Below, piece after piece: positions 1 to 9,103 of a DNA stretch of 64,000 nucleotides (position 1 is its first letter; every line of letters begins with the position of its first letter). Both the position numbers and the translations under genes were made by a program. Below the pieces are notes generated by a model. That model was not told the DNA's origin. It searched no databases and saw nothing but the letters and a program-made list of their open reading frames with translations. Origin of the DNA: an uncultured Gammaproteobacteria bacterium (GTDB taxonomy: Bacteria; Patescibacteriota; Microgenomatia; Levybacterales; GWA1-39-11); contig CAYVAJ010000004.1 in the NCBI GenBank assembly GCA_964448725.1, forward strand, positions 17,535-81,534, in the 5' to 3' direction.

Positions 1-654
1 ATCGTGTGCTTCTGCATCATCTTGATTAACATAGTGATTATCATTTGTTGCAACCATTGGTACACTGTATTTGCGGGATAGCTCAATAAGTTTTTCATTG
101 AGTGTATCTTGTTTTTCTAGATTTTGATGGCGCTGTAATTCGAGATATAAATTACCTTCTCCATATATCTTTTGAAGTTTTTGTAATCGTTTTTCTGCTT
201 CTTCTTGTTCATCATGCATGAGAGGGTCTGAGATATATCCATTGAGACATGCAGTCAGACAGATGAGTCCATCTGAGTACTGTTCAAGAAGTTCTATATC
301 TGTTCGTGGCTTGTAATAAAATCCTTCCAGATAGGAAGCAGTAATAATTTTTATCAGATTTTTATATCCTGTCTCATTTTTTGCAAGTAGAATAAGGTGA
401 TTATAGTCATTACTTCCTTGACCTTTTTCTAATCTATTTTTTGTAACATAAATTTCACAGCCTATGATTGGTTTTATATCTGCTGCTACACAGAGCTTAT
501 AAAAATGGATCGTGCCATACATATTGCCATGATCCGTAATCGCCAAAGATTTAAATCCTAATTCCTTTGCACGATCAACCATGTCCTCAACACGGGACAA
601 TCCATCAAGTAGTGAGTATTCGGAATGGTTGTGAAGGTGGACGAAATCAGTCAT
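1..654 (-). CDS. dnaE: DNA polymerase III alpha subunit, N-terminal PHP domain (partial; 3' end beyond window start)
   Basis: Reverse-strand translation from ATG at 652-654 reads MTDFVHLHNHSEYSLLDGL...AITDHGNMYG, the canonical DnaE PHP-domain start. Reading frame stays open to position 1. Not in the ORF track because it is truncated. Confidence 0.8.
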   Translation of the reverse strand, partial: MTDFVHLHNHSEYSLLDGLSRVEDMVDRAKELGFKSLAITDHGNMYGTIHFYKLCVAADIKPIIGCEIYVTKNRLEKGQGSNDYNHLILLAKNETGYKNLIKIITASYLEGFYYKPRTDIELLEQYSDGLICLTACLNGYISDPLMHDEQEEAEKRLQKLQKIYGEGNLYLELQRHQNLEKQDTLNEKLIELSRKYSVPMVATNDNHYVNQDDAEAHD

Positions 655-655
655 A

Positions 656-1531
656 TTATCTGTCTTCTATTTTACCACTTTCAGGCATTATCATGCCTTC
701 GGTAAAGACAGTATAGCGGTTTTTTAGGGAGTTCCCTTCGCTATCTCGTTTGCTGTGATACGCAGCTACATCTGCATCTTTGATGAGTTGTTCTGCGTCT
801 ACTTTTCTTCCTTGGTTTGTCGCAATACCAATGCTAAATTTAAAGGGCATATCCTGTGATTTGCTATGGATTCTTTCAGCAATTTTCATGACGGTATCCA
901 TATCAATTCCCGATAAGTAAATATCAAACTCGTCTCCACCGCTTCTCAAAACTTTATCATTAAGGCGAATATGTGCTTTGAGAAACTGCACCACTTGTTG
1001 GAGGTATACATCACCAGCTGAATGTCCAAGCTCGTCATTTACTTTTTTAAAATCATCTACGTCTATTTTGAGCATTGCTACAGAAAGACCTTTCTCAAGA
1101 TCTTCTGTTACTTGTTGAGGAAGCTCGTTTCTGTAATACGCCGGAGAGTATGCACCCGTCAGTGGGTCTAAGTGATAGCGCAATTCAGCGTCCCGCAATT
1201 CTTGCTGGTGTCTTATTTCTCTGTTCACATTTCGGAGTGCGGTCGGAAGGTGTTTGAAGTTTGAATCGTCCTCAAACGGAGTAGTATCGTTATATTCGTG
1301 TTTAAGGTTTGTAACTTCCACAGAAAGCAGCGGCCAGAATTCATTTCTTTCATAGGGAATTTCGATCTCTGGAAGATTTTCTGTTGTAGACACGTATCTT
1401 TCTAAGAGTTTTTGAACCAGTGGAACTTGAGGGTCGACAAGCGTATCTGTTTGTCTTCGTCGCTCAATAGAAATATCTTGTAACCTCTCTTGGTTTTCTG
1501 GTTGTGGAGTACCTTGGTCGAATTCGCTCAT
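656..1531 (-). CDS. GGDEF-domain diguanylate cyclase
   Basis: 291-aa ORF with RSGGDEFDIY active-site motif and a surrounding GGDEF-like fold pattern (KVNDELGHSAGD). Confidence 0.6.
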   Translation of the reverse strand: MSEFDQGTPQPENQERLQDISIERRRQTDTLVDPQVPLVQKLLERYVSTTENLPEIEIPYERNEFWPLLSVEVTNLKHEYNDTTPFEDDSNFKHLPTALRNVNREIRHQQELRDAELRYHLDPLTGAYSPAYYRNELPQQVTEDLEKGLSVAMLKIDVDDFKKVNDELGHSAGDVYLQQVVQFLKAHIRLNDKVLRSGGDEFDIYLSGIDMDTVMKIAERIHSKSQDMPFKFSIGIATNQGRKVDAEQLIKDADVAAYHSKRDSEGNSLKNRYTVFTEGMIMPESGKIEDR

Positions 1532-1533
1532 AG

Positions 1534-2910
1534 TTATAGCAATTGGGATTTAATTTTTGCTAAGACCATTTGTGTGTCAACTTTTTTGCCAATTTTACGC
1601 ATGGTCTGTCCCAATAAGAACATTATGACAGATTCTTTGCCGCTTTTGAAGTCTTGCACTGCCTTTTCATTTTCTGTTAATACCTCAGAAATTATCAGTT
1701 CTAATTCTGACTCATCTACAGATTCTACTTTGTTTTCTTCTACAATTTGTTTTATCAATGATGCAGGAAGAACTTTCTCTATATCTGTTTTTTTATTAAT
1801 AATTGCATTGGCGATTTGTTTTGCATTAACAGAATGTTTTTTGCCAACTGTTATTGCTTCTTCATAATAGTCAGCCATTGCTCTCTCGCGGGTTAATATC
1901 TCTGCATCATATTCAGGAATTTTGTAGTCAGATATAAATCGTTTCATCTTCAAATCAGGTAATTCAGGTAGCTGTTTCTTTAATTCTGTAATATATGGTT
2001 CTTCAAATCGAAACGGTGGAATATCTGGCTCTGGGAAGTAGCGGTAATCATTTGCTTCTTCTTTGATTCGTTGAGAAAATGTCTCTCCTTTAGGATCATA
2101 CCATCCTCGTGTTTCTTGTACTGGAATTTCCCCTTTCTCAAGTATTTCAATGTGTCTTTTGACCTCATAATTTATTGCTTTCTCAACAAATCGAAAAGAA
2201 TTAATATTTTTCACCTCAACTTTATAAGGTGGCAATTCAATTTCTTTGGAATTTGGAATTTGTTCATTTGAAATTTTTAGAACCGAAATATTCGGTTCTA
2301 ACCGCATATCTCCTTTTTCCATATCAGCATTTGATACACCGAGATATCGGACAATTTGTTGGAGTCTTCTTAAATATTCACTGACTTCTTTGGCATCATG
2401 AAAATCAGGTTCAGTAACAATTTCTACGAGTGGTACACTTGATCTATTGAAATCGATTAATGAAACTTTTGTATTGGAATCAGCGAGTGTTTCGTGCATA
2501 AGTTTACCTGTGTCTTCTTCCATGTGAACCCGGGTAATCCCGATTTTTCGTCCGTTTGATAGCTCCATAAAGCCGTGTTCTCCAAAAGGTAAATCATATT
2601 GGCTGATTTGATAGCCTTTTGGTAAGTCGGGATAAAAATAATTTTTCCGATCAAATTTTGAGAATTCTGCTATTGTACAGTTGAGTGCAAGTGCAATTTT
2701 AATACACCATTCAATTGCTGTTTTGTTCGGTACTGGTAATGCTCCTGGCAGTCCGAGACATACAGGACAGGTATGAGTATTTGGTTTTTGTCCAAAATAG
2801 TTTGCATCACATCCACAGAACATCTTACTTTTTGTAGATAGCTCAATATGCGTCTCAAGACCTATGATAGGCGTATAGTTTATGTTTTTTGGATTATTGT
2901 TATTAGTCAT
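1534..2910 (-). CDS. gatB: Asp-tRNA(Asn)/Glu-tRNA(Gln) amidotransferase subunit B
   Basis: 458 aa. N-terminus PIIGLETHIELSTKSKMFCGC and overall GatB/YqeY architecture. Confidence 0.9.
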   Translation of the reverse strand: MTNNNNPKNINYTPIIGLETHIELSTKSKMFCGCDANYFGQKPNTHTCPVCLGLPGALPVPNKTAIEWCIKIALALNCTIAEFSKFDRKNYFYPDLPKGYQISQYDLPFGEHGFMELSNGRKIGITRVHMEEDTGKLMHETLADSNTKVSLIDFNRSSVPLVEIVTEPDFHDAKEVSEYLRRLQQIVRYLGVSNADMEKGDMRLEPNISVLKISNEQIPNSKEIELPPYKVEVKNINSFRFVEKAINYEVKRHIEILEKGEIPVQETRGWYDPKGETFSQRIKEEANDYRYFPEPDIPPFRFEEPYITELKKQLPELPDLKMKRFISDYKIPEYDAEILTRERAMADYYEEAITVGKKHSVNAKQIANAIINKKTDIEKVLPASLIKQIVEENKVESVDESELELIISEVLTENEKAVQDFKSGKESVIMFLLGQTMRKIGKKVDTQMVLAKIKSQLL

Positions 2911-2921
2911 ATTTTCTCTTA

Positions 2922-4361
2922 TTAACTACGACCATTAGTTAATTTCGGTTCCTCCTTCCAGTAAGGGTTTGCTTGTTCAAAGGTATGTGTTGTTCTATAG
3001 AGTGTTGCTTCATCAAAATGTTTACCGAGTATTTGCATACCGACCGGAAGTCCGTCTACAAATCCAGCAGGTACTGATATTCCTGGAACACCAACAAGAT
3101 TTGCATGTACAGTAAAAATGTCTGACAGATACATTTGTAATGGATCGCTTGTTTTCTCTCCTAATTTCCAAGGGAGAGAAGGAGATGATGGAGTAATCAA
3201 GACATCAACTTTTTCAAACGCTTCATCAAAATCATTTTTCAGAAGCGTTCGGACCTGCATTGCCTTTTTATAATACGCGTCATAGTATCCAGCAGAAAGG
3301 ACATATGTTCCAAGCATAATTCTTCGTTTGGCTTCTTCGCCAAAATCATTGCGTTCATTGCCATAGCGAATACCAGTATATCGTGCAAGATTTGATGATA
3401 CTTCTGCAGTTTGGATTACATAATACACTTCGATTGCATACTGGGTATGCGGAAGGGAAATATCAATTATCTCAGCTCCTTGAGATTCGTAAAATTTGAG
3501 CGCATCATGAATATGATCTTTAATACGAGAATCTAGTCCTTCAATAAAATATTCTTTCGGAACGCCGATTTTTAGTCCTTTTACTCCATTTCCAATATTT
3601 GCAGTATAATCTGGTACATCTTTTGATGGAGTTGTTGCATCCATTGTGTCTCTTCCTGCAGTAACGTTCAATACGAGCGCATTATCTTCAACTGTTTTTG
3701 TAAAGTGTCCAATAGAGTCAAGAGAGGATGCCATTGCAATCACTCCATAGCGACTGACACGTCCGTATGTTGGTTTCAGTCCGACAGTATTGGTAAAGCT
3801 TGCTGGGAGCCGAATAGATCCACCTGTATCAGTACCTGTTGCCATGAGACTCATACCGGCTGCAACAGATGCAGGAGATCCGCTTGATGATCCTCCAGGA
3901 ACGTACTCAGTATTATATGGATTTGCGGTTGCTCCAAAATCTGAGTTCTCTCCACTTGACCCATGTGCCCATGCATCAAGATTTGTTTTGCCTAAAATTA
4001 CTGCCCCTGCATCTTTTAATTTCTTGACAACTGTTCCATCGTATTGCGGGATATAGTGTTCAAGCACTTTTGATGCCGCAGTTGTCCGAATGTCTTTAGT
4101 AACAAACAAATCTTTTAATGCGACTGGAATCCCAAGCAGCGGCTTATCCTTGTCCAAGGTCCGACCTTGGTCAGCACGCAGCTTGTCTGCGGTCTCTGCT
4201 TGTTGTAGCGCTTCTTCTTCAGTTACGGTTAAAAATGCATTAATCTCGGTGTCATATTTTTCAATTTGACCAAGATATGCTTTTGTTAGCTCAACTGCAC
4301 TTATTTCTTTTGCCAGCAATTTCTTTTTTGCGCTAGCTATTGTTAAGTTTTTAGTGTCCAT
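2922..4361 (-). CDS. gatA: Glu-tRNA(Gln) amidotransferase subunit A (amidase signature family); carries an in-frame REP-like palindrome insertion
   Basis: 479 aa. Amidase signature GGSSSGS plus LLGIPVALKD motifs. The palindrome CCAAGGTCCGACCTTGG at 4154-4170 is translated in frame as QGRTLD. Confidence 0.9.
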   Translation of the reverse strand: MDTKNLTIASAKKKLLAKEISAVELTKAYLGQIEKYDTEINAFLTVTEEEALQQAETADKLRADQGRTLDKDKPLLGIPVALKDLFVTKDIRTTAASKVLEHYIPQYDGTVVKKLKDAGAVILGKTNLDAWAHGSSGENSDFGATANPYNTEYVPGGSSSGSPASVAAGMSLMATGTDTGGSIRLPASFTNTVGLKPTYGRVSRYGVIAMASSLDSIGHFTKTVEDNALVLNVTAGRDTMDATTPSKDVPDYTANIGNGVKGLKIGVPKEYFIEGLDSRIKDHIHDALKFYESQGAEIIDISLPHTQYAIEVYYVIQTAEVSSNLARYTGIRYGNERNDFGEEAKRRIMLGTYVLSAGYYDAYYKKAMQVRTLLKNDFDEAFEKVDVLITPSSPSLPWKLGEKTSDPLQMYLSDIFTVHANLVGVPGISVPAGFVDGLPVGMQILGKHFDEATLYRTTHTFEQANPYWKEEPKLTNGRS

Positions 4362-4367
4362 AGTTGT

Positions 4368-4832
4368 TTATGCGATCTTTTCTATAAAATTTACTGATTC
4401 AAAACCTTCTTCTGAGAACATGATTCCATTCTTGTAATTGTTCAGTGCTTTTTTAATATAGGAAAGAGTATTCTCAGGTAGATTATTAATATCAAACCAC
4501 TTGAGATCATCTGCTTTGTTAGGCTCTTTTATTTCAGGGTTACCTTGCCAGCTGTGTGCTTGTGCAAAGTAATCAACATATTCAAAGTTTGATTTCCTAT
4601 GCATAGCATGTACAATTTCTATATCTTTATTGTTCAAAATTATTCCTATTTCCTCTTTTGCTTCACGAATAGCGGTATCACTCACTGTTTCTCCTCCATC
4701 AAGATGACCAGCAGGAAGAGTATATTGTCCATCTTCCCATCCTGTGTTATAACGTCTTAACAATAATATTTTATGTTCTTTTTCAAGAATTATATATACT
4801 GCTGCATGAAGTGAGAACTTTTTATCTCCCAT
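4368..4832 (-). CDS. NUDIX hydrolase
   Basis: 154 aa. Nudix box GHLDGGETVSDTAIREAKEEIGI. Confidence 0.65.
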   Translation of the reverse strand: MGDKKFSLHAAVYIILEKEHKILLLRRYNTGWEDGQYTLPAGHLDGGETVSDTAIREAKEEIGIILNNKDIEIVHAMHRKSNFEYVDYFAQAHSWQGNPEIKEPNKADDLKWFDINNLPENTLSYIKKALNNYKNGIMFSEEGFESVNFIEKIA

Positions 4833-5116
4833 TATTCCTCCTCAAAAATTCCTTTCACTTGGAAGAGTCCGTTATGTGATTTCTTTGCATTGGAGAGTGC
4901 TTCTTCTTGGCTGAGTGATGGATGTGCTTTGTCTTCGCGTGTCACATTTTCAAGTCCGGTGACTTGGCTGGTTGGTTCAATGTCTGTGGTATCAAGCTCG
5001 TTAAGTCGTGAAATATATTCCAGTACTTCTGAGAGCTGTTTTTCAAATTTTTCCTCTTCTCCTTTTTCAAGGGTTAGATTTGCAAGTTTTGCAACATGAT
5101 TAACATCAATTTTCAT
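4832..5116 (-). CDS. gatC: Glu-tRNA(Gln) amidotransferase subunit C
   Basis: 94 aa. MKIDVNHVAKLANLTLEKGEEEKFEKQLSEVLEYISRLNELDT is a typical GatC. It lies in the gatC-(nudix)-gatA-gatB array. Confidence 0.8.
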   Translation of the reverse strand: MKIDVNHVAKLANLTLEKGEEEKFEKQLSEVLEYISRLNELDTTDIEPTSQVTGLENVTREDKAHPSLSQEEALSNAKKSHNGLFQVKGIFEEE

Positions 5117-5145
5117 AGTTATTTTAGGCAGGGGATATACATCTA

Positions 5146-5955
5146 TTATATCTCAATACCAAGCTTTTTTACAATCGAATTGTGTGCTTTTTTCTCAATT
5201 GTGTCATCAAGTGGTGTCAGTTCGATAGGTTTTGAATATTTTACTTCGAGTGCTTTCTGAATGAGAAAATCTGCAATATGAGGATTCTTTGGAAGTAGTG
5301 GGCCATGAAAGTAACATCCAATTGCGTTTTTATAGACTACACCCTCAGTTCTGTCGATTCCGTTATTGCCATTGCCTTTTATAACCGTTGCAAAAGGCTT
5401 TGCTGTTTTTCCCAAAGTAGTACGTCCACCATGATTTTCAAATCCCACAATATAGGAAAATGGAGAATTGAAAGTTGAAAGTTGAGAGTTTAAATTCTCC
5501 CAATTCACTTTTGCAACAACATTTCCAATGAGCCGGCTCTCTTGTGGTCCTGGATGTGTTGTTTCAATATCAAATATGCCGACTCCTTCAATTCGTTTTC
5601 CTTCCGATGGTTCATAATATTTACCCATTAATTGAGGTGAGCCACAAACAAATAATGAGGGAGCATTTTGTTCGATCAAATTAATTATGCTGTTGGCCTT
5701 CTTCCCTTTTAAATCACGCATAACTATTTCTTGTTCACGATCTTGTGCACCGCCGCCAAATAAGAGGTTAATGGTTGATAGTTCTTGGTCTGTAGTATCT
5801 GGAGTAATGGGGAGAATTTTTACATCAATTCCTCTCCACTCACTTCTTTTCTGTAATACGAGTATATTCCCTCGGTCTCCGTATGTACTCATTAAATCTG
5901 GATAAAGCCAACCGATGATTAGAGAAAAGTTACTAATTTTTGGTTTATTGTTCAT
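5146..5955 (-). CDS. gatD: CobB/CobQ-type glutamine amidotransferase, probable lipid II isoglutaminyl synthase glutaminase subunit GatD
   Basis: 269 aa GATase-like protein immediately downstream of a MurT-like Mur-ligase gene. The pairing is characteristic of the MurT/GatD complex. Confidence 0.55.
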   Translation of the reverse strand: MNNKPKISNFSLIIGWLYPDLMSTYGDRGNILVLQKRSEWRGIDVKILPITPDTTDQELSTINLLFGGGAQDREQEIVMRDLKGKKANSIINLIEQNAPSLFVCGSPQLMGKYYEPSEGKRIEGVGIFDIETTHPGPQESRLIGNVVAKVNWENLNSQLSTFNSPFSYIVGFENHGGRTTLGKTAKPFATVIKGNGNNGIDRTEGVVYKNAIGCYFHGPLLPKNPHIADFLIQKALEVKYSKPIELTPLDDTIEKKAHNSIVKKLGIEI

Positions 5956-5957
5956 GG

Positions 5958-7340
5958 TTAAAGAATTTCCTTTCCGGTTAATATCTTTCGTAACTCAAGC
6001 ATGGCTGAGTATGTAGGGAGTATGAATGCAGTGTCTCCTTCAGGTGTCGCTTGTACTAACTCGTTAATTGCTTTTTTAGGATTCTCAAAAATTGTAACTG
6101 TAGAATTGTAATAATCCTTTTCTAGAGAATATTTCATTCGAACCGCCATGTCATATGCTCTGTCACCGGTAACAATGATTTTACCAGCGACATTTACTAA
6201 TTCTTCAAAGTCCACATCCCATATCCAAGATACATCTCGTCCATCAGGAATTCTATCATTCAAGGCAAGTAAAACAGTACAAGGTCGGACCTTGGTATTG
6301 TTTTGTGGTTGTACGGAATTTTTCAGGCTCGTACCAAGGTCCGACCTTGGTATAGTAGTCTCTGTAATAACACTGATTGATTGATTGAATCCAGCGGGGT
6401 TTTTTGAGAGGATCATAAAGAAATCACGATTTTTATAGGTGATTTTTTCTTGTCTTCCAAATGCCGAGGTAAATGACGCAAGTGATTTGCCAATCTCTTT
6501 ATATGAAATGTCAAATGCTTCTCGAGCTGTTTTTAATGCCGCTTGTAAATTGTACATATTATAAGTACCAGCAAGAACGACAGGGATAGATTCATCAATT
6601 TTATCTTTAATGTTTTCATTTGTAAATTTACAATTAGGGCAGGTATATTTTCCTAAATGGGAATATGCAATTTTTGAAAAAAGTAACTTGGTTCCGCATT
6701 GAGGACAATGAGTAGAGTCAGTATCATGGGTAGTTTCTTTTTTTGAAAAGTACTTGTTAGGAATAGAAAAATAAAATGTTTTACTCGTTGTGCTTTTTCT
6801 TAAATATCGTATCTCAGGATCATCTGCATTGAGTATAAGTTGTGTATCAGTTGTTAGCTTTTTCAGTGCTTTTTGCCAATTTCTAGCTATGGTATGTACT
6901 TCTCCATATCGGTCAAGCTGATCACGGAAAAGATTTAACAATACGATTGCGCGAGGAGTCATCTGAGATAATATGCGGGGAAGATTATTTTCGTCAACTT
7001 CAAAAATAGCCACATCATAGCGTAGTTTTCCTGTAACTGAAGCGTAGCGGATTAAGCTTGTTGCAAGTCCATTCACGAGATTTGCTCCTTCTTCGTTTTG
7101 AAAAACACGTAATCCATTTTTCTCTAAAATATGTCGTAAAATTTTAGCTGTTGTTGTTTTACCATTTGTTCCAGCAACAAGAATTATTGATAGATTTTTA
7201 CTGGATAAAAAATCCTGTATAAAGGTGGGATTTACTTGTAATGCAATATGTCCAGGCCAGGTAGAACCGGATCCAAGACCGAATTCTTTTATTACAGCAC
7301 TGGTGAATTTTCCGGCGAAAAATGAAAGTAATGTTTTCAT
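5958..7340 (-). CDS. murT: Mur ligase family protein MurT (lipid II isoglutaminyl synthase); contains two in-frame inverted REP-like palindromes
   Basis: 460 aa. P-loop VAGTNGKTTTAKIL, Cys4 ribbon CPQCGTKL...CPNC typical of MurT, and a C-terminal DUF1727-like region. Palindromes at 6279-6297 and 6332-6352 are translated as NTKVRPCT and IPRSDLGTS. Confidence 0.65.
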   Translation of the reverse strand: MKTLLSFFAGKFTSAVIKEFGLGSGSTWPGHIALQVNPTFIQDFLSSKNLSIILVAGTNGKTTTAKILRHILEKNGLRVFQNEEGANLVNGLATSLIRYASVTGKLRYDVAIFEVDENNLPRILSQMTPRAIVLLNLFRDQLDRYGEVHTIARNWQKALKKLTTDTQLILNADDPEIRYLRKSTTSKTFYFSIPNKYFSKKETTHDTDSTHCPQCGTKLLFSKIAYSHLGKYTCPNCKFTNENIKDKIDESIPVVLAGTYNMYNLQAALKTAREAFDISYKEIGKSLASFTSAFGRQEKITYKNRDFFMILSKNPAGFNQSISVITETTIPRSDLGTSLKNSVQPQNNTKVRPCTVLLALNDRIPDGRDVSWIWDVDFEELVNVAGKIIVTGDRAYDMAVRMKYSLEKDYYNSTVTIFENPKKAINELVQATPEGDTAFILPTYSAMLELRKILTGKEIL

Positions 7341-7455
7341 ATATAAAAAATTGTTATATTGTTAGACTGTTACATTGTTGGAGCGATAAAACAATGAAGC
7401 AATTCAGTATATTTTTCATTATACCAAGTGAATAGATGATTATACACTCAACGTA

Positions 7456-8349
7456 TTACATTGATCTGAGGATTTTTATTCGTTCTTCAATTGGAGGGTG
7501 AGTTGAGAACAGATTTACATACCATGATTTTTTTCTCTTACCTGATTTAAAAGGATTTTCAATATACAAGTGTGCTGTTGCAACGCTTGCTGCCTGTAAT
7601 TTGTCATCGTCAGCCGAAATTTTTTCCAGTGCTGCTGCTAGACCTTCTGGATATCGAGTGAGTAGTGCACCATCAGCATCAGCAAGAAACTCTCTTTTTC
7701 TTGAAAGCATGAATTGTAGTAAGGTAGCAGCAATTGGAGCAAGAACTGCTGCTGCGATCGCAATTATAAGAAAAAAACCATTTTGATTTCTATTTTTGTC
7801 TCCGCGTAACCAGAGTGAACGCAGGAAGAAATCAGATAGTAATGCGATTGATCCTGCTAAGATAGTAACAATTCCAATCATACGAGTATCATAATTTTTA
7901 ATATGAGAAATTTCATGTGCGATAACTCCTTCTATTTCCACTTCGCGTAATTTTTGTAAGAGCCCTGTTGTTGCGACTACTACTGCATGTTTCGGATCAC
8001 GTCCAGTTGCGAATGCGTTTGGCGAGCTGTCTTGGATAACATACAGTTTTGGCAGAGGAATACCTGCTGCAATACTCATATTCTCTGCTGCAGTATAAAA
8101 TGAAAAATTATGTTCTCGTGTTGCAGGCTTGGCATGACTCATTGTCAGAATTAATGAGTCTGAGAAATAGTACGAAATTAGGGACCAAATACCTGAAATA
8201 ATAAGGAAAATTCCTGCAACGGTAAGTCCATTATATCCTTGAGCACGGCCAATTACATAAGATACTGTTACTGAAAGAATTATAAAGAAGATAATAATAA
8301 ATATGCTTTTTCGTTTATTAGAACCAACTATATCGTAAGGAGTTTTCAT
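7456..8349 (-). CDS. htpX: M48 family zinc metalloprotease HtpX-like
   Basis: 297 aa with N-terminal TM helices and HEISHIKNYD (HExxH) motif. Confidence 0.7.
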   Translation of the reverse strand: MKTPYDIVGSNKRKSIFIIIFFIILSVTVSYVIGRAQGYNGLTVAGIFLIISGIWSLISYYFSDSLILTMSHAKPATREHNFSFYTAAENMSIAAGIPLPKLYVIQDSSPNAFATGRDPKHAVVVATTGLLQKLREVEIEGVIAHEISHIKNYDTRMIGIVTILAGSIALLSDFFLRSLWLRGDKNRNQNGFFLIIAIAAAVLAPIAATLLQFMLSRKREFLADADGALLTRYPEGLAAALEKISADDDKLQAASVATAHLYIENPFKSGKRKKSWYVNLFSTHPPIEERIKILRSM

Positions 8350-8394
8350 TATTGTACCTCTTTTCAGAATAGAGATATTGTATTATGAGTATGT

Positions 8395-8961
8395 CTAGGA
8401 AGTGAAGTCAACTTTTACGGGTTCACGTTCGCCTGGTTCTGCTTCAAAAAATTCTTCTTCTTTAAAGCCAAAAATATTAGCGATAAATACGGTTGGAATT
8501 GTTTTCAATTTAGTATTATAGGAGAGTACATTTGAATTATAGAATTGACGAGAATATGAAATCTTATTTTCTGTATCTGTCAGTTCTTCTTGTAATTGCT
8601 TGAAGTTATCACTCGCCTTAAGATCGGGATATGCTTCTGCAACTGCAAAAAGAGATTTTAATGCATCTGTCATCATATTATTCGCTTGAGCTTTTTGATG
8701 AGGGGTATTTGCTTTCATGAGGTCGGTGCGAGCTTTGGTAACTTCTTCAAATACTCCTTTTTCATGTTTTGCGTATCCTTTGACAGTCTCTACTAAATTT
8801 GGAATCAGATCAGTACGGCGTTTTAATTGTATGTCAATGCTAGAAAGTGCTTCGCGAATTCGTTCACGCAGAGTAACCAATGAGTTATAGGTGAGCCATA
8901 AAAACACTAATATTGCTACACCAATTCCAATGAGTATGAATGGGAGGCTTAAAAATTCCAT
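8395..8961 (-). CDS. lemA: LemA family protein
   Basis: 188 aa. N-terminal TM helix then the LemA-like pattern [43 protein letters not shown]. Classic LemA-HtpX gene pair. Confidence 0.6.
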   Translation of the reverse strand: MEFLSLPFILIGIGVAILVFLWLTYNSLVTLRERIREALSSIDIQLKRRTDLIPNLVETVKGYAKHEKGVFEEVTKARTDLMKANTPHQKAQANNMMTDALKSLFAVAEAYPDLKASDNFKQLQEELTDTENKISYSRQFYNSNVLSYNTKLKTIPTVFIANIFGFKEEEFFEAEPGEREPVKVDFTS

Positions 8962-9103
8962 ATATAGTTACATTTTCTACTTCTTTATTTCATTTGTCAA
9001 CAGACATTAATTTCTTATTTTACTCTATCAGCTAAACGAGCAGTATTAAAATAATCTTTAAATTTTAAGTTGTGATTTTGAATTTTTACATGTAAGTTTT
9101 TAG

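Noticed and set aside
3705-4056. Plus-strand ORFs (60 and 88 aa) inside gatA, and the many other 60-130 aa ORFs embedded antisense in long genes (e.g. 1075..1257, 6148..6384, 10062..10724, 13735..19883, 28031..28887)
   Set aside because: All are fully contained within longer ORFs that have strong family signatures on the other strand, and none has independent start context.
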